This document shows, in pieces, positions 8,386 through 17,770 of a stretch of DNA of 64,000 bases (its first letter is position 1; each line of letters begins with the position of its first letter). The stretch is from an uncultured Chloroflexia bacterium (GTDB lineage: Bacteria; Chloroflexota; Limnocylindria; Limnocylindrales; CSP1-4), in contig CAVQJC010000015.1 of assembly GCA_963712745.1 (NCBI GenBank), forward strand, positions 128,001 to 192,000, given 5' to 3'. The notes below the pieces were generated by a model. It saw only the letters and a list, made by a program, of their open reading frames with translations. It searched no databases and was not told where the DNA came from. The position numbers and the translations under genes were made by a program.

Positions 8386-10389
8386 ATGGCCGACACCCCT
8401 TCCAGCTCCCCGTCCCGCCGGGCATTCGCCGACCGCCTCACGGAACGGCCACTGCTGCTCGACGGCGCCATGGGCACGCTGCTGTTCAGCCGTGGCACAC
8501 CCCAGCGCGCCTCGCTGGACGAGCTCGTCATCAGCCGCCCCGAGGTGGTTGGCGCCGTCCACCGCGAGTACATCGCCGCAGGCGCCGACATCATCGAGAC
8601 CAACTCCTTCACGGCCAATCGCCACCACCTCTCGCAGCTGGGTCTGGCCGACCGCACCGCGCACATCAACCGCCGGGCCGCGCAGCTCGCTCGCGAGGCG
8701 CGTGAGGTAGCCGGGCGGGACGTGCTGGTGGCAGGCTCGATCGGGCCCGTCAGCTCGCCGCTCCACGGCCCCGGCCATGTCTCGCCGCAGGTTGCGGCCG
8801 AGAGCGTGACCGAGCAGCTCGAGTCGCTGCTGGAGGGCGGTATCGACATCGTGCAGCTCGAGACCGCGAGCGACCTGGCCCACCTGCTGGCCTCGATCGA
8901 AGCCGCGCGCCGGCTCTCGGACCTGCCCATCGTGGCCTCGATGACGTTCGGAGAGGACCTCAACGCCGCCGACGGCACCGACCCGGTAGCGGCCGCTCGG
9001 GCGCTCCACGAGGCCGGCGTGGACGTCATCGGCGTGAACTGCGGCTCGGGACCCATCGCGGGCATCGACGTGCTGGAGCGGATGGGCCCGGTGGCCGGTG
9101 GCGTGCCGCTGCTGATCATGCCCAATGCCGGTCTGTCGGGACGCGTCGGCGGCGAATTCGTGTGGGCAGCCGAGCCGGCCTACTTCGCCGACGAAGTGCC
9201 GTTATTCGTGGCTGCCGGCGCCCGCCTCATCGGCGGCTGTTGTGGCACCACGCCGGAGCACGTGGCGGCGATGCGCCAGGCGCTTGACCGGGAGCGAGCC
9301 CGCCACTCCAGCACGTCCGTCCCGCCCACCGCAGCCGCCGCTTCACCGACCGCCACGACCTCGACCGCTGAACGCCCACGCTCCTCCGGCGATGACAGGT
9401 CCGGCACTGCCTCGGAGGCTCCGCCACCGACCGGGCTCGCTCGCAAACTGGCCGAGGGACGCTTCGTCGTCAGCGTCGAGATCGACCCGCCGCGCTCGGT
9501 GCGCATCGAGCGCACCCTTGGGTCGGCCGAACTCATCCGCGACGCGGGCGCCGACCTGGTCAACATCAGCGATAGCGCCATGGCCCGCGTGCGCATGGGG
9601 GCCATGTCCGTGGGCTTCGCTGTGCAGCGCGACCTGGGCCTCGAGGCGCTCATCCACTTCACCACCCGCGACCGCAACCTCATGGCCCTCGAATCGGAGC
9701 TGCTGGGAGCGCACGCCCTGGGTATCCGCGACATCCTGGCCTTGACCGGCGACCCGCCGCGTGTCGGCGACTACCCCGGCGGCACCGGCATCTGGGACAT
9801 CGACAGCATCGGGCTCATCGGCATCCTGGGCCGGCTCAACCGTGGAGAGGACCAGGCCGGGCGACCCATCGGCGCGCCGGCCGGATTCACCATCGCCTGC
9901 GCCCTCGACCCCACCGCCGAGAATCTCGAACGAGAGCTGGACCGCCTGGCCGGCAAGATCGAAGCCGGCGCCCATCTCATCATGACCCAGCCCATCTACG
10001 CGACTGAGCAGTGGGACCGTTTCATGGAGCGGGCGAGCGTGCGCTGGGGTGACCGCCTGCCGCTGCCGGTGCTCTTCGGGGTCCTGCCGCTACACACCGC
10101 CCGTCACGCCGAGTTCCTTCACCACGAGGTCCCCGGCATCACCATCCCCGAGGACGTCCGCGCGGCCATGCACGCAGCCGGCGAGCGCAGTGCAGAGGTC
10201 GGGCTGGAGCGATCGCTCGAGCTGCTGGGGCAGATGCGCCCGCACGTCGACGGCACGTACATCATGCCCAGCTTCGGCCGATACGAGCAGTCTGCGGAGC
10301 TGGTGCGCCGGGTGCGCGCCGAACTCCCCGGCGGGGGCACCCGATGGCCCGCGGACGCGGCCAACGGGCCCATGGTCGACGCGACATGA
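8386..10389 (+). CDS. Bifunctional homocysteine S-methyltransferase / 5,10-methylenetetrahydrofolate reductase (YitJ-like)
   Basis: LLDGAMGT, GVNC, GGCCGTTPEH (Zn ligands), then MTHFR domain VEIDPP, HFTTRDRN, LTGDPP, MTQPIY. Confidence 0.92.
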   Translation: MADTPSSSPSRRAFADRLTERPLLLDGAMGTLLFSRGTPQRASLDELVISRPEVVGAVHREYIAAGADIIETNSFTANRHHLSQLGLADRTAHINRRAAQLAREAREVAGRDVLVAGSIGPVSSPLHGPGHVSPQVAAESVTEQLESLLEGGIDIVQLETASDLAHLLASIEAARRLSDLPIVASMTFGEDLNAADGTDPVAAARALHEAGVDVIGVNCGSGPIAGIDVLERMGPVAGGVPLLIMPNAGLSGRVGGEFVWAAEPAYFADEVPLFVAAGARLIGGCCGTTPEHVAAMRQALDRERARHSSTSVPPTAAAASPTATTSTAERPRSSGDDRSGTASEAPPPTGLARKLAEGRFVVSVEIDPPRSVRIERTLGSAELIRDAGADLVNISDSAMARVRMGAMSVGFAVQRDLGLEALIHFTTRDRNLMALESELLGAHALGIRDILALTGDPPRVGDYPGGTGIWDIDSIGLIGILGRLNRGEDQAGRPIGAPAGFTIACALDPTAENLERELDRLAGKIEAGAHLIMTQPIYATEQWDRFMERASVRWGDRLPLPVLFGVLPLHTARHAEFLHHEVPGITIPEDVRAAMHAAGERSAEVGLERSLELLGQMRPHVDGTYIMPSFGRYEQSAELVRRVRAELPGGGTRWPADAANGPMVDAT

Positions 10390-10417
10390 GATCCCGCATG
10401 AGCGCGGGCCCTCGGGC

Positions 10418-12733
10418 ATGATGCCGGTCATAGCGACATCGAAAGGGGCCCGCGCGATCGGGGTCCGCCGCACGCTGCCAGCCGCCCTGCTGTGGGCGTT
10501 CGTGGCGCTGCTCACGCTGGCCCCGCTGGCCGGGGCCCAGGATGCCGGCAAGTACGTCGAACGCCAGGGTGACCAGCACGTCTACGACGGGGCCAAGCTG
10601 ATCGACGATATCAACCAGTCGACCATCGAGGAAGACCTGGTCGCCTTCGCCGAGGAGACCGGCATCGATCTCGTGGTCTATACGCAGAAGAAGAGCAAGG
10701 TCGGCGCGCGCAAGGACGCCCGGCAGGAAGCAGCCGCACTTCTCGAGGAATGGGGAGTCGGCGGCGAGAGCGGGCAGGGCGCGGTGATGTTCTGGAACGT
10801 CCGCCCCGACGGCGAGATCACGCGTAACGGGATCGCGCTCGGAAGCGCCTTCTCGGCCGGCGATGCCAGGGCCATCGACGAGGCCGTCAACGGCGACATC
10901 CGCTCGGCCCTGCAGGAGGGCGACTGGGTCAGTGCCATCAACGTCGGCATCCTCGATCTTGGGGACCGCCTTGTAGCTGCTCCTGCACCCTCCACCACAC
11001 CGGCCGCCACCCGGCGGCCGACCGCCGCCACCACGAGCCCGGGCACGGGCCCGCTGCGGCCCACGACGACCTCCGGCACCCGACCCACCACGGGCCTTGA
11101 CCCCGATCCAGGGCCACCCTTCCCCGACCCCTTCACGGGCGTGGCGGTCTACGACTACGCCGAGGTCATCAGCCCCGACGTCATCGGTCGCCTGGAGCGC
11201 TCCATCGATGCTATCGAAGAGCGCACCGCGGCCGAGATCGTCATCTACACGCAGGTGAAACCGGATGCGAATGACCCGGCCAGCACCGAGCGGGATGCCA
11301 TCGCGCTCATCGACCAGTGGGGCGTCGGGCGGGCCGGCTTCGACGACGGCATGGCCATCTTCTTCAACCTCACCAGCGACCTCTGCCACGGGCAGGTCCA
11401 GCTCTACGGCGCGCCCGGCTACCGGGCGGCATACCTCTCGAATACCGAGCGCCAGTCGATCTACGAAGACGTGATGCTGCCGCGCCTGCGGAGCTGCGAC
11501 TTCGATGAAGCCCTCGTCTCGGCCATGGCCGAGCTCGATGCGACCGCCACCGCCGACCACGCTCGGAACCTGCAGGTGGGACGGCAGCTCGATGCGGCAT
11601 CGGGCCTCATCGCCGCCCCGCTGCTGCTCATGGGGCTCATCGGTTGGGCCGGCTGGTCATGGCTGCGATACGGACGTGATCCGGTCTACCTCGACGATGC
11701 GTCGATCCTCATGCCCGCGCCCCCGCCGGGCCTGTCGCCGGCGGCCGCGGCCGTGATCATGGACGGGAGATCCAAGCGGCGGGCTCTGACGACGACACTG
11801 GTGGACCTGGCGGCGCGCGGAGAGATCAGCTTCCGCGCGGCCGAAAACGATCCCGCCGAGCTCTCCATCGACATCACCGTGCCCGACCAGCGTGATGCAC
11901 GGCTGGCTCGCAACCGCCGTCTGCCCCTGGGCCAGGCCGAGAAGTACGCGCTCGATGAGCTCAGGAGACTCGGCGGCGCCAAACGCACCATCGATGCCGA
12001 CGACGTGCCCAAGTTCGCCAAGACCGTGGGTGGCTTCGACGACCGGATCGAGGACACGGTCGCCCAGAACGGCTGGTTCAGCGAGGCTCCGGGCGACTCG
12101 ATCGACCGCTGGTCGCGGCGGGGGGCAGTGGCGCTCATCGGCGGCATCGCAGCCGTGTTCTTCGGTCTCAACCTGCCCAGCAACGGCCTGCTGCTCATCG
12201 GCGTGGCGGCCATCGCCGGCGCGGTGGCCATGTTCGTCATCGCGCGCACCATGCCCCAACGGACGATGGAGGGGGCGCGCATCTACGCGCAACTGGCGGC
12301 GTATCGGCGCACGCTGCAGAAGACGCTGGAGCAGTCGCGCACGATGGAGCAGGTCGTCAGCAGCAAGGCCCTGCCCTGGGTGGAGACGCCGGACCAGGCG
12401 GTCGTCTGGGCCTACGCACTGGGTCTGCACGAGGAGGCCGAGGAGGTCCTCGAACGCTCGATGGAGGACGTGCGCACGGGTGCAGCCTCGCCCACGCGGA
12501 CCTACTTCCCACTCTGGTATGGCATCGGCGCACGCTCGTCTCCACGCATCAGCGGCGGCGGCCGCGCGCCGACCGCAGGCCTCTTCTCGAGCGGCGTGGT
12601 GCCCGACTTCACGAGCATGACTGCGGCGCTGACGACGATCGGCTCCGCGCCCAGCTCGTCGGGTAGCGGCGGGGGTGGCTTCAGCGGTGGCGGCAGCGGT
12701 GGCGGAGGCGGTGGCGCCGGCGGTGGCTTCTAG
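10418..12733 (+). CDS. Membrane protein with two TPM domains and a DUF2207-like C-terminus
   Basis: Signal-like N-terminus, two VYD.A..I / WGVG repeats, TM helices, LVDLAARG motif and a Gly-rich GGGFSGGGSGGGGGG tail; start approximate. Confidence 0.8.
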   Translation: MMPVIATSKGARAIGVRRTLPAALLWAFVALLTLAPLAGAQDAGKYVERQGDQHVYDGAKLIDDINQSTIEEDLVAFAEETGIDLVVYTQKKSKVGARKDARQEAAALLEEWGVGGESGQGAVMFWNVRPDGEITRNGIALGSAFSAGDARAIDEAVNGDIRSALQEGDWVSAINVGILDLGDRLVAAPAPSTTPAATRRPTAATTSPGTGPLRPTTTSGTRPTTGLDPDPGPPFPDPFTGVAVYDYAEVISPDVIGRLERSIDAIEERTAAEIVIYTQVKPDANDPASTERDAIALIDQWGVGRAGFDDGMAIFFNLTSDLCHGQVQLYGAPGYRAAYLSNTERQSIYEDVMLPRLRSCDFDEALVSAMAELDATATADHARNLQVGRQLDAASGLIAAPLLLMGLIGWAGWSWLRYGRDPVYLDDASILMPAPPPGLSPAAAAVIMDGRSKRRALTTTLVDLAARGEISFRAAENDPAELSIDITVPDQRDARLARNRRLPLGQAEKYALDELRRLGGAKRTIDADDVPKFAKTVGGFDDRIEDTVAQNGWFSEAPGDSIDRWSRRGAVALIGGIAAVFFGLNLPSNGLLLIGVAAIAGAVAMFVIARTMPQRTMEGARIYAQLAAYRRTLQKTLEQSRTMEQVVSSKALPWVETPDQAVVWAYALGLHEEAEEVLERSMEDVRTGAASPTRTYFPLWYGIGARSSPRISGGGRAPTAGLFSSGVVPDFTSMTAALTTIGSAPSSSGSGGGGFSGGGSGGGGGGAGGGF

Positions 12734-12790
12734 AAGAGGCGCGTGCTCGATGTTTCGGCGCTCGCGCCGCCGGTCGCCTAGTCTGTAGTC

Positions 12791-13120
12791 ATGGGTGCGA
12801 GCGACACGATGGAGATCTTCTTCGAGAAGCTGAACGAGGGTGACCGCCAGGGCGCGGTCGACCTCATGGAGGAGCGCGTCGAGATGCGCGTGCACGTGCG
12901 CGACGGTTCGCGGACCCTGCGCGGCGTGAGCCAGGTCGGCGGCTGGTTCCTGCGCGGGGATACGGGCCTGAAGATGGTGCCCGGCGAGGTGCGCGAGATG
13001 GGCAACACCTACGAGGCCGACCTGCTCGTCCTGCGCCCCGATGCCCCCTCACAGCACATCGACGCCACGTTCCGCGTGGAAGCCGGCAAGATCACCAGCA
13101 TCAACTTCTCGCCGCGCTAG
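12791..13120 (+). CDS. Small SnoaL/NTF2-like protein
   Basis: 109 aa, FFEKLNEGD N-terminal helix and FRVEAGKITSI C-terminus typical of NTF2-like proteins. Confidence 0.6.
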   Translation: MGASDTMEIFFEKLNEGDRQGAVDLMEERVEMRVHVRDGSRTLRGVSQVGGWFLRGDTGLKMVPGEVREMGNTYEADLLVLRPDAPSQHIDATFRVEAGKITSINFSPR

Positions 13121-14007
13121 CGGCGCTCAGCGGGGCCGCCAGCGGCCGTCGCCCGAACGGACCAGGCGGCCACCGGTCCGGCCACGCCCTTGAGCTCCAG
13201 CTGGCGCTGCTCTGCCCGCTCGAGCGGTTGCCCCAGCTGAGACGCTGCGGCATCGCTCACCAGCAGCTCAGCCGCAGCCGCCGAGGAGCTGATGCGCTCG
13301 GCTACATTGACCACGTCCCCGAGGGCGGTGAAGTCCGTGGGCTGGCCCGGCTGGCCCACGATGCCGACGTAGGCTTCGCCCAGATGCACTCCGATGCCGA
13401 CCGGCAGCGGGCGCTCACCCGGCGGCAGGTCGGGATGATCGGCGACCTGGTCCATGATGCGCCGTGCGGCAGTGACTGCCACGTCTGCCGCCTCGCCGTC
13501 CACGAAACCTCTGATGAACAGGGCTAGCACGCCGTCGCCAAGGTACTTGTCGACGATCCCACCCGAGCCTTGCACCGCCGCAGCCACGATGCCGTAGAAG
13601 ACGTTGAGCAGGTTCCGGTACTCCCCCGGCTTCATGCGTGCTGCGATCTGCGTGGAGCCGCGGAGGTCCGCGAACATCACCGCCAGGTCCACTTCGGCCC
13701 CACCCTGCGTCTTCCTCATCGCGTCCATGCACTTGCCGCAGAGGCTGGGGTTGTCCTCCCAGGGGCCATAGCCGAGGCGTCTCACGAACGGTCCGAACGG
13801 TCGGCCGTACGGCGCGTAGCACCACTTGCAGCGCGGCTCGGAGGGCAGGTGACGGAAGAGGGCCCGACCAACGCGGGACAGCGGCTCCAGCTGAGCGCGG
13901 CCCGTCAGCAGATCCCGCCAGTACTGCTCGACTTCGGGATCCTGGTCGACAGCGGGGGCGCGCGAGGGGTCGTCTGTCCGGTCTGTCAGCGGGGGGACGT
14001 CGGGCAC
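13117..14007 (-). CDS. Class III adenylate/guanylate cyclase with an N-terminal CxxC...CxxC domain
   Basis: FADLRGST, VDKYLGDG, DFTALGDVVNVAERI, LKG motifs; CKWC and CGKC upstream; GTG start inferred. Confidence 0.85.
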   Translation of the reverse strand: MPDVPPLTDRTDDPSRAPAVDQDPEVEQYWRDLLTGRAQLEPLSRVGRALFRHLPSEPRCKWCYAPYGRPFGPFVRRLGYGPWEDNPSLCGKCMDAMRKTQGGAEVDLAVMFADLRGSTQIAARMKPGEYRNLLNVFYGIVAAAVQGSGGIVDKYLGDGVLALFIRGFVDGEAADVAVTAARRIMDQVADHPDLPPGERPLPVGIGVHLGEAYVGIVGQPGQPTDFTALGDVVNVAERISSSAAAAELLVSDAAASQLGQPLERAEQRQLELKGVAGPVAAWSVRATAAGGPAERR

Positions 14008-14044
14008 GAGCGCATCATGCCATCGCTTGCCTGACGGGGAAAGC

Positions 14045-15184
14045 CTACGGTTCGGGCGTGGCGTTGCGCCAGTTCGGAGGGCAGCTGAAGCCCTCGGGCG
14101 GGATCTCATAGCGTGCGCCGAGCTGCACGATGTTCTTGTTGACGATGCCGTTGAGGCACTGGAGGTGGGCGGGCTTGACCTCGAACTTGGCCGCGATAGC
14201 GCTGAGCGTGTCGCCGGCTTTGACCTTGTAGAACCGGCGCTTGGGCTCTTCGGTCTGACCAGGCTCCTCGCTGGGGGCCGGCGTGACCACCGGCGCACGG
14301 GTGGTAGTGGGGACCACCAAGGCCGCTGGCTCAGGAGAGGTCGCGGCCGAGGGCCCACCGTCGTCGCCACCGCCGAGCTGGGTCGCCACGAGGAAGACGA
14401 CGATGGAGACCACCAAGAGCCCCAGAACACCGAGCAGGATCGGCGGCGTGATGCCGTGGCGGCGGCTGACCAGCGGCTCGTGGGCGGGCGGATCGGCATA
14501 GAACCACTCGCCCGAACCACGCGACCGGATGGGATCGAGGGGAGGCTTGCGGCGGCGCATCGGCAGCGCGGCCGGGACCTTCGGTGCCTGCGTCGATTCC
14601 TCGCCGCCGGCCGGGTCGGGCTCTTCATCGGCCTCTTCGTCGGGCTCGTCCTCGATGGCCTCGAGCTCGGCAGCCTCTATCTCCGCGCGCTCATCCCAGG
14701 GCACCTCAGCCCAGGCAGAGGCGGAGACCCAGTCGAGCCGCTCGGTCGCGCCCACCTGCTCGGTTGCGGCCGGATCGGTCGGCCCGAACAGGCCGTCCTC
14801 GGGGGTCGGCTCGGGCAACGAGTCATCCCCATCGCCGGCCGCTGCGTGGTCGACGCTTGCCTCGTCCACGGCTGCAGCGTCCGGGTCGTGAGTCCCCTCG
14901 GGTGCCGCGATGCCGGAGCCCCAGGCTTTCTTCGCGGCCTCGGTCACATAGGCTGGCTCGGCAGCGTTGCGCGCGGCCCAGGCAAGGAACACCGAGCATC
15001 TTGCGAAGTCGGCGGAGTAACAGAACTCGGACTGGTAGACGAGGTCGCGGCGGCGGGGAGCCTTCTCCGCGTAGCAGCGGTTGTCCTCGTCGGGTGCGTC
15101 GGCACGTCGATCGCGATCCTCGGCGAGCGCAACGAAGGGGCAGACCGAGGGGCCGGCACCTGAGAGAGGACGCGATCCAGTCAC
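14045..15184 (-). CDS. Single-pass membrane protein with Cys-rich N-terminus and C-terminal LysM domain
   Basis: CPFV...NRCY...FCY...RCSVF, acidic linker, one TM, YKVKAGDTLSAIAAKFEV..LQCLNGI LysM. Confidence 0.8.
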   Translation of the reverse strand: MTGSRPLSGAGPSVCPFVALAEDRDRRADAPDEDNRCYAEKAPRRRDLVYQSEFCYSADFARCSVFLAWAARNAAEPAYVTEAAKKAWGSGIAAPEGTHDPDAAAVDEASVDHAAAGDGDDSLPEPTPEDGLFGPTDPAATEQVGATERLDWVSASAWAEVPWDERAEIEAAELEAIEDEPDEEADEEPDPAGGEESTQAPKVPAALPMRRRKPPLDPIRSRGSGEWFYADPPAHEPLVSRRHGITPPILLGVLGLLVVSIVVFLVATQLGGGDDGGPSAATSPEPAALVVPTTTRAPVVTPAPSEEPGQTEEPKRRFYKVKAGDTLSAIAAKFEVKPAHLQCLNGIVNKNIVQLGARYEIPPEGFSCPPNWRNATPEP

Positions 15185-15368
15185 CGCTCGATGATACGGC
15201 CGAGCCCCGTCTTGGGCCGCCGCGGGCGGCCAGGCTCGCGGCCGTCGCAGGGGACAAGCTGGCAGGTCGTTGCGGCCGGAGCAGACGAAGAAGCGGTGAG
15301 CCCCTGGGCAGTGGGGCCCACCGCGTGAGGGCGAGGAGGCGGCCGGCAGCCGGCAGCAGCCGCCCGAT

Positions 15369-16658
15369 CTAGGCGGCCGGCTCCTCCTCCAGGTCGAGCT
15401 CGGGCTCAGGTCCCGTGCGCACGACCATGCCCGCACCGACGGTGTCACTGGTGGACTCATCGATGAGGATGAAGCCGCCGGTGGCTCGGGACAGGCGGTA
15501 CTCGTCGAGCAACAGTGGCGTGCTGGTACGGATGCGGACGCGGCCGATCTCGTTGAGACCAAGCTCGTCGGCTTCCTGGTCGCGCTGGAGCGAGTTGACG
15601 TCCATGCGATAGCGCAGGTCGTCGACGATGGCCTTGGCCGAGCGGGTCGCGTGCTTGATGACGTAGCGGCCGCCAGGACGAAGCGGCTCGTCGGCCATCC
15701 AGCAGACCATGGCCTCGAAATCGTTGGTGATCTCGGGCTGGTTGTGCGGACGGCAGATGAGGTCACCGCGTGAGACGTCGACGTCGTCCTCCAGCTGCAT
15801 GATCACCGACAGCGGCGGCGAAGCCACCTCGAGCTCGCCGTCGAATGTGCGGATCTCCTTGACCTTGGAACGCTTGCCCGACGGAAGCACGATGACGTCA
15901 TCGCCCTTCTTGAACGTGCCCGAGGCGATCTGGCCGGCGTAGCCACGGAAGTCGTGATGCTCGTCACTCTGCGGCCGCACCACCCACTGCACAGGAAAGC
16001 GCACGTCGATGAGGTTGACGTCGGAACCGATATAGACGTGCTCGAGGTGATAGAGCAGTGACGGGCCCTGGTACCAGGGCATGGCCAGTGAGCGCTGTAC
16101 GACGTTGTCACCGTGGAGAGCGCTGATGGGGATGAACTGGATGTCGTGGACGTCGAGCTTGGCGGCCCAGTCCGAGAACTCCTCGGTGATGCGATCGTAG
16201 ACCTCCTCGTCATAGCCGACGAGATCCATCTTGTTGACCGCGACCACGATATGCGGGATGCCCAGCAGAGCCGCGATGAAGGCGTGGCGGTGGGACTGTT
16301 CGAGGACGCCGAGGCGGGCGTCGATGAGCACGATGGCCAGGTCTGCGGTGGATGAGCCAGTGACCATGTTGCGGGTGTACTGCACGTGGCCCGGCGTGTC
16401 CGCGATGATGAACTTGCGCTTGGGTGTGGCGAAGTAGCGGTAGGCCACGTCGATGGTGATGCCCTGCTCACGCTCGGCCCGGAGCCCATCGGTCAGGAGA
16501 GCCAGGTCGACCTGGTGGTTGCCACGAGCCGCACTGGTGCGCTCGATGGCCTGCAGCTGATCCTCGAAGATGCCCTTGGAGTCGAAGAGCAGGCGCCCGA
16601 TGAGCGTGGACTTGCCGTCGTCGACCGAACCGGCGGTGGAGAAACGAAGCAGATCCAT
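15369..16658 (-). CDS. cysN: Sulfate adenylyltransferase subunit 1 (GTPase)
   Basis: MDLLRFSTAGSVDDGKSTLIGRLL, AEREQGITIDVAYRYF, DTPGHVQYTRNM; no fused APS kinase domain. Confidence 0.95.
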   Translation of the reverse strand: MDLLRFSTAGSVDDGKSTLIGRLLFDSKGIFEDQLQAIERTSAARGNHQVDLALLTDGLRAEREQGITIDVAYRYFATPKRKFIIADTPGHVQYTRNMVTGSSTADLAIVLIDARLGVLEQSHRHAFIAALLGIPHIVVAVNKMDLVGYDEEVYDRITEEFSDWAAKLDVHDIQFIPISALHGDNVVQRSLAMPWYQGPSLLYHLEHVYIGSDVNLIDVRFPVQWVVRPQSDEHHDFRGYAGQIASGTFKKGDDVIVLPSGKRSKVKEIRTFDGELEVASPPLSVIMQLEDDVDVSRGDLICRPHNQPEITNDFEAMVCWMADEPLRPGGRYVIKHATRSAKAIVDDLRYRMDVNSLQRDQEADELGLNEIGRVRIRTSTPLLLDEYRLSRATGGFILIDESTSDTVGAGMVVRTGPEPELDLEEEPAA

Positions 16659-16659
16659 G

Positions 16660-17595
16660 CTAGAAGTAGCCTTCCTTCTTGCGGTCTTCCATGGACGTCT
16701 CGCTGAAGGAGTCGTCAGCACGGGTGGCGCCGCGTTCGGTGATACGCGCGGCAGCGGTCTCCGCGATGATGGCCTCGAGGTCGGCGGCGTCGGAGTTGAC
16801 CGCGCCGGTGCAGGTCATGTCACCGACGGTGCGGTAGCGCACGACCATCCGCTCGATGGACTCGTCGGGACCGGGCTGGAGGTAGGGGCCCGTGGATAGC
16901 CACATACCGTCGCGGCGGAAGACCTCGCGCTCGTGTGCGTAGTAGATGGACGGCACCTCGATGCCCTCACGCTCGATGTACTGCCAGACGTCCATCTCAG
17001 TCCAGTTGGAGATGGGGAAGACACGCATGTGCTGGCCCTGCCGGATGCGGCCGTTGTAGAGAGCCCACAGCTCGGGGCGCTGGCTGCGAGGCTCCCACTG
17101 GCCGAACTCGTCACGCAGGCTGAAGACGCGCTCCTTGGCACGAGCCTTCTCCTCATCGCGGCGGGCGCCGCCGAAGACGGCGTCGAACTTGTGCTCGGTG
17201 ATGGCATCGAGCAGGGTCGTGGTCTGGAGGCGGTTGCGGGAAGGGTTGCCCGGCTCCTCGCGCACGCGGCCCTTGTCGATCGACTCCTGGACGGAGGCCA
17301 CTATGAGTCGCTCGCCGAGCTCTTCGACGCGTCGGTCGCGGAACTTGAGAACCTCGGGGAAGTTGTGCCCGGTGTCGATGTGCATGATCGGGAAGGGGAA
17401 CTTCGCGGGACGGAAGGCTTTCTCGGCGATGCGCAGCAAGACGATGGAGTCCTTGCCGCCGGAGAACAGCAGGACCGGCCGCTGGAACTCGGCCGCGACC
17501 TCTCGCATGATGAAGATGGACTCCGCCTCAAGGGCATCCAGGTGGGTGGCGCGGTGCGCGATGGCGCGCGCGCCCGCGGGTCTCGTTTCGATCAT
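16660..17595 (-). CDS. cysD: Sulfate adenylyltransferase subunit 2
   Basis: LFSGGKDS, GGARRDEEKARAKER, RYRTVGD, MEDRKKEGYF C-terminus. Confidence 0.95.
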   Translation of the reverse strand: MIETRPAGARAIAHRATHLDALEAESIFIMREVAAEFQRPVLLFSGGKDSIVLLRIAEKAFRPAKFPFPIMHIDTGHNFPEVLKFRDRRVEELGERLIVASVQESIDKGRVREEPGNPSRNRLQTTTLLDAITEHKFDAVFGGARRDEEKARAKERVFSLRDEFGQWEPRSQRPELWALYNGRIRQGQHMRVFPISNWTEMDVWQYIEREGIEVPSIYYAHEREVFRRDGMWLSTGPYLQPGPDESIERMVVRYRTVGDMTCTGAVNSDAADLEAIIAETAAARITERGATRADDSFSETSMEDRKKEGYF

Positions 17596-17656
17596 CTGGT
17601 GGGGGTCGACCTCTGCTTCACGGATCGGCGACGACGTCTGTCGCTATGCTACCCTT

Positions 17657-17695
17657 TCCCGACCGATATGATAGACATTATCGGGATAATCAGGT
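17657..17695. promoter_or_regulatory. Candidate sulfur-regulon operator between divergent cysD and the TauE gene
   Basis: AT-rich TCCCGACCGATATGATAGACATTATCGGGA; core GATAGAC(A/G)TTATCG is shared with the palindrome upstream of sbp. Confidence 0.55.
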
Positions 17696-17770
17696 AAGTG
17701 GGAGTATACCCACGATTCCGGGCGCCGCGCACAGGGGTGGCCGCTGACAAGGGAGCGAACGCAGAGACAC

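Noticed and set aside
8247-9125. N-terminal extension of the 933-aa ORF
   Set aside because: Antisense shadow of the methyltransferase gene; the DUF885 start with an RBS is at 8246
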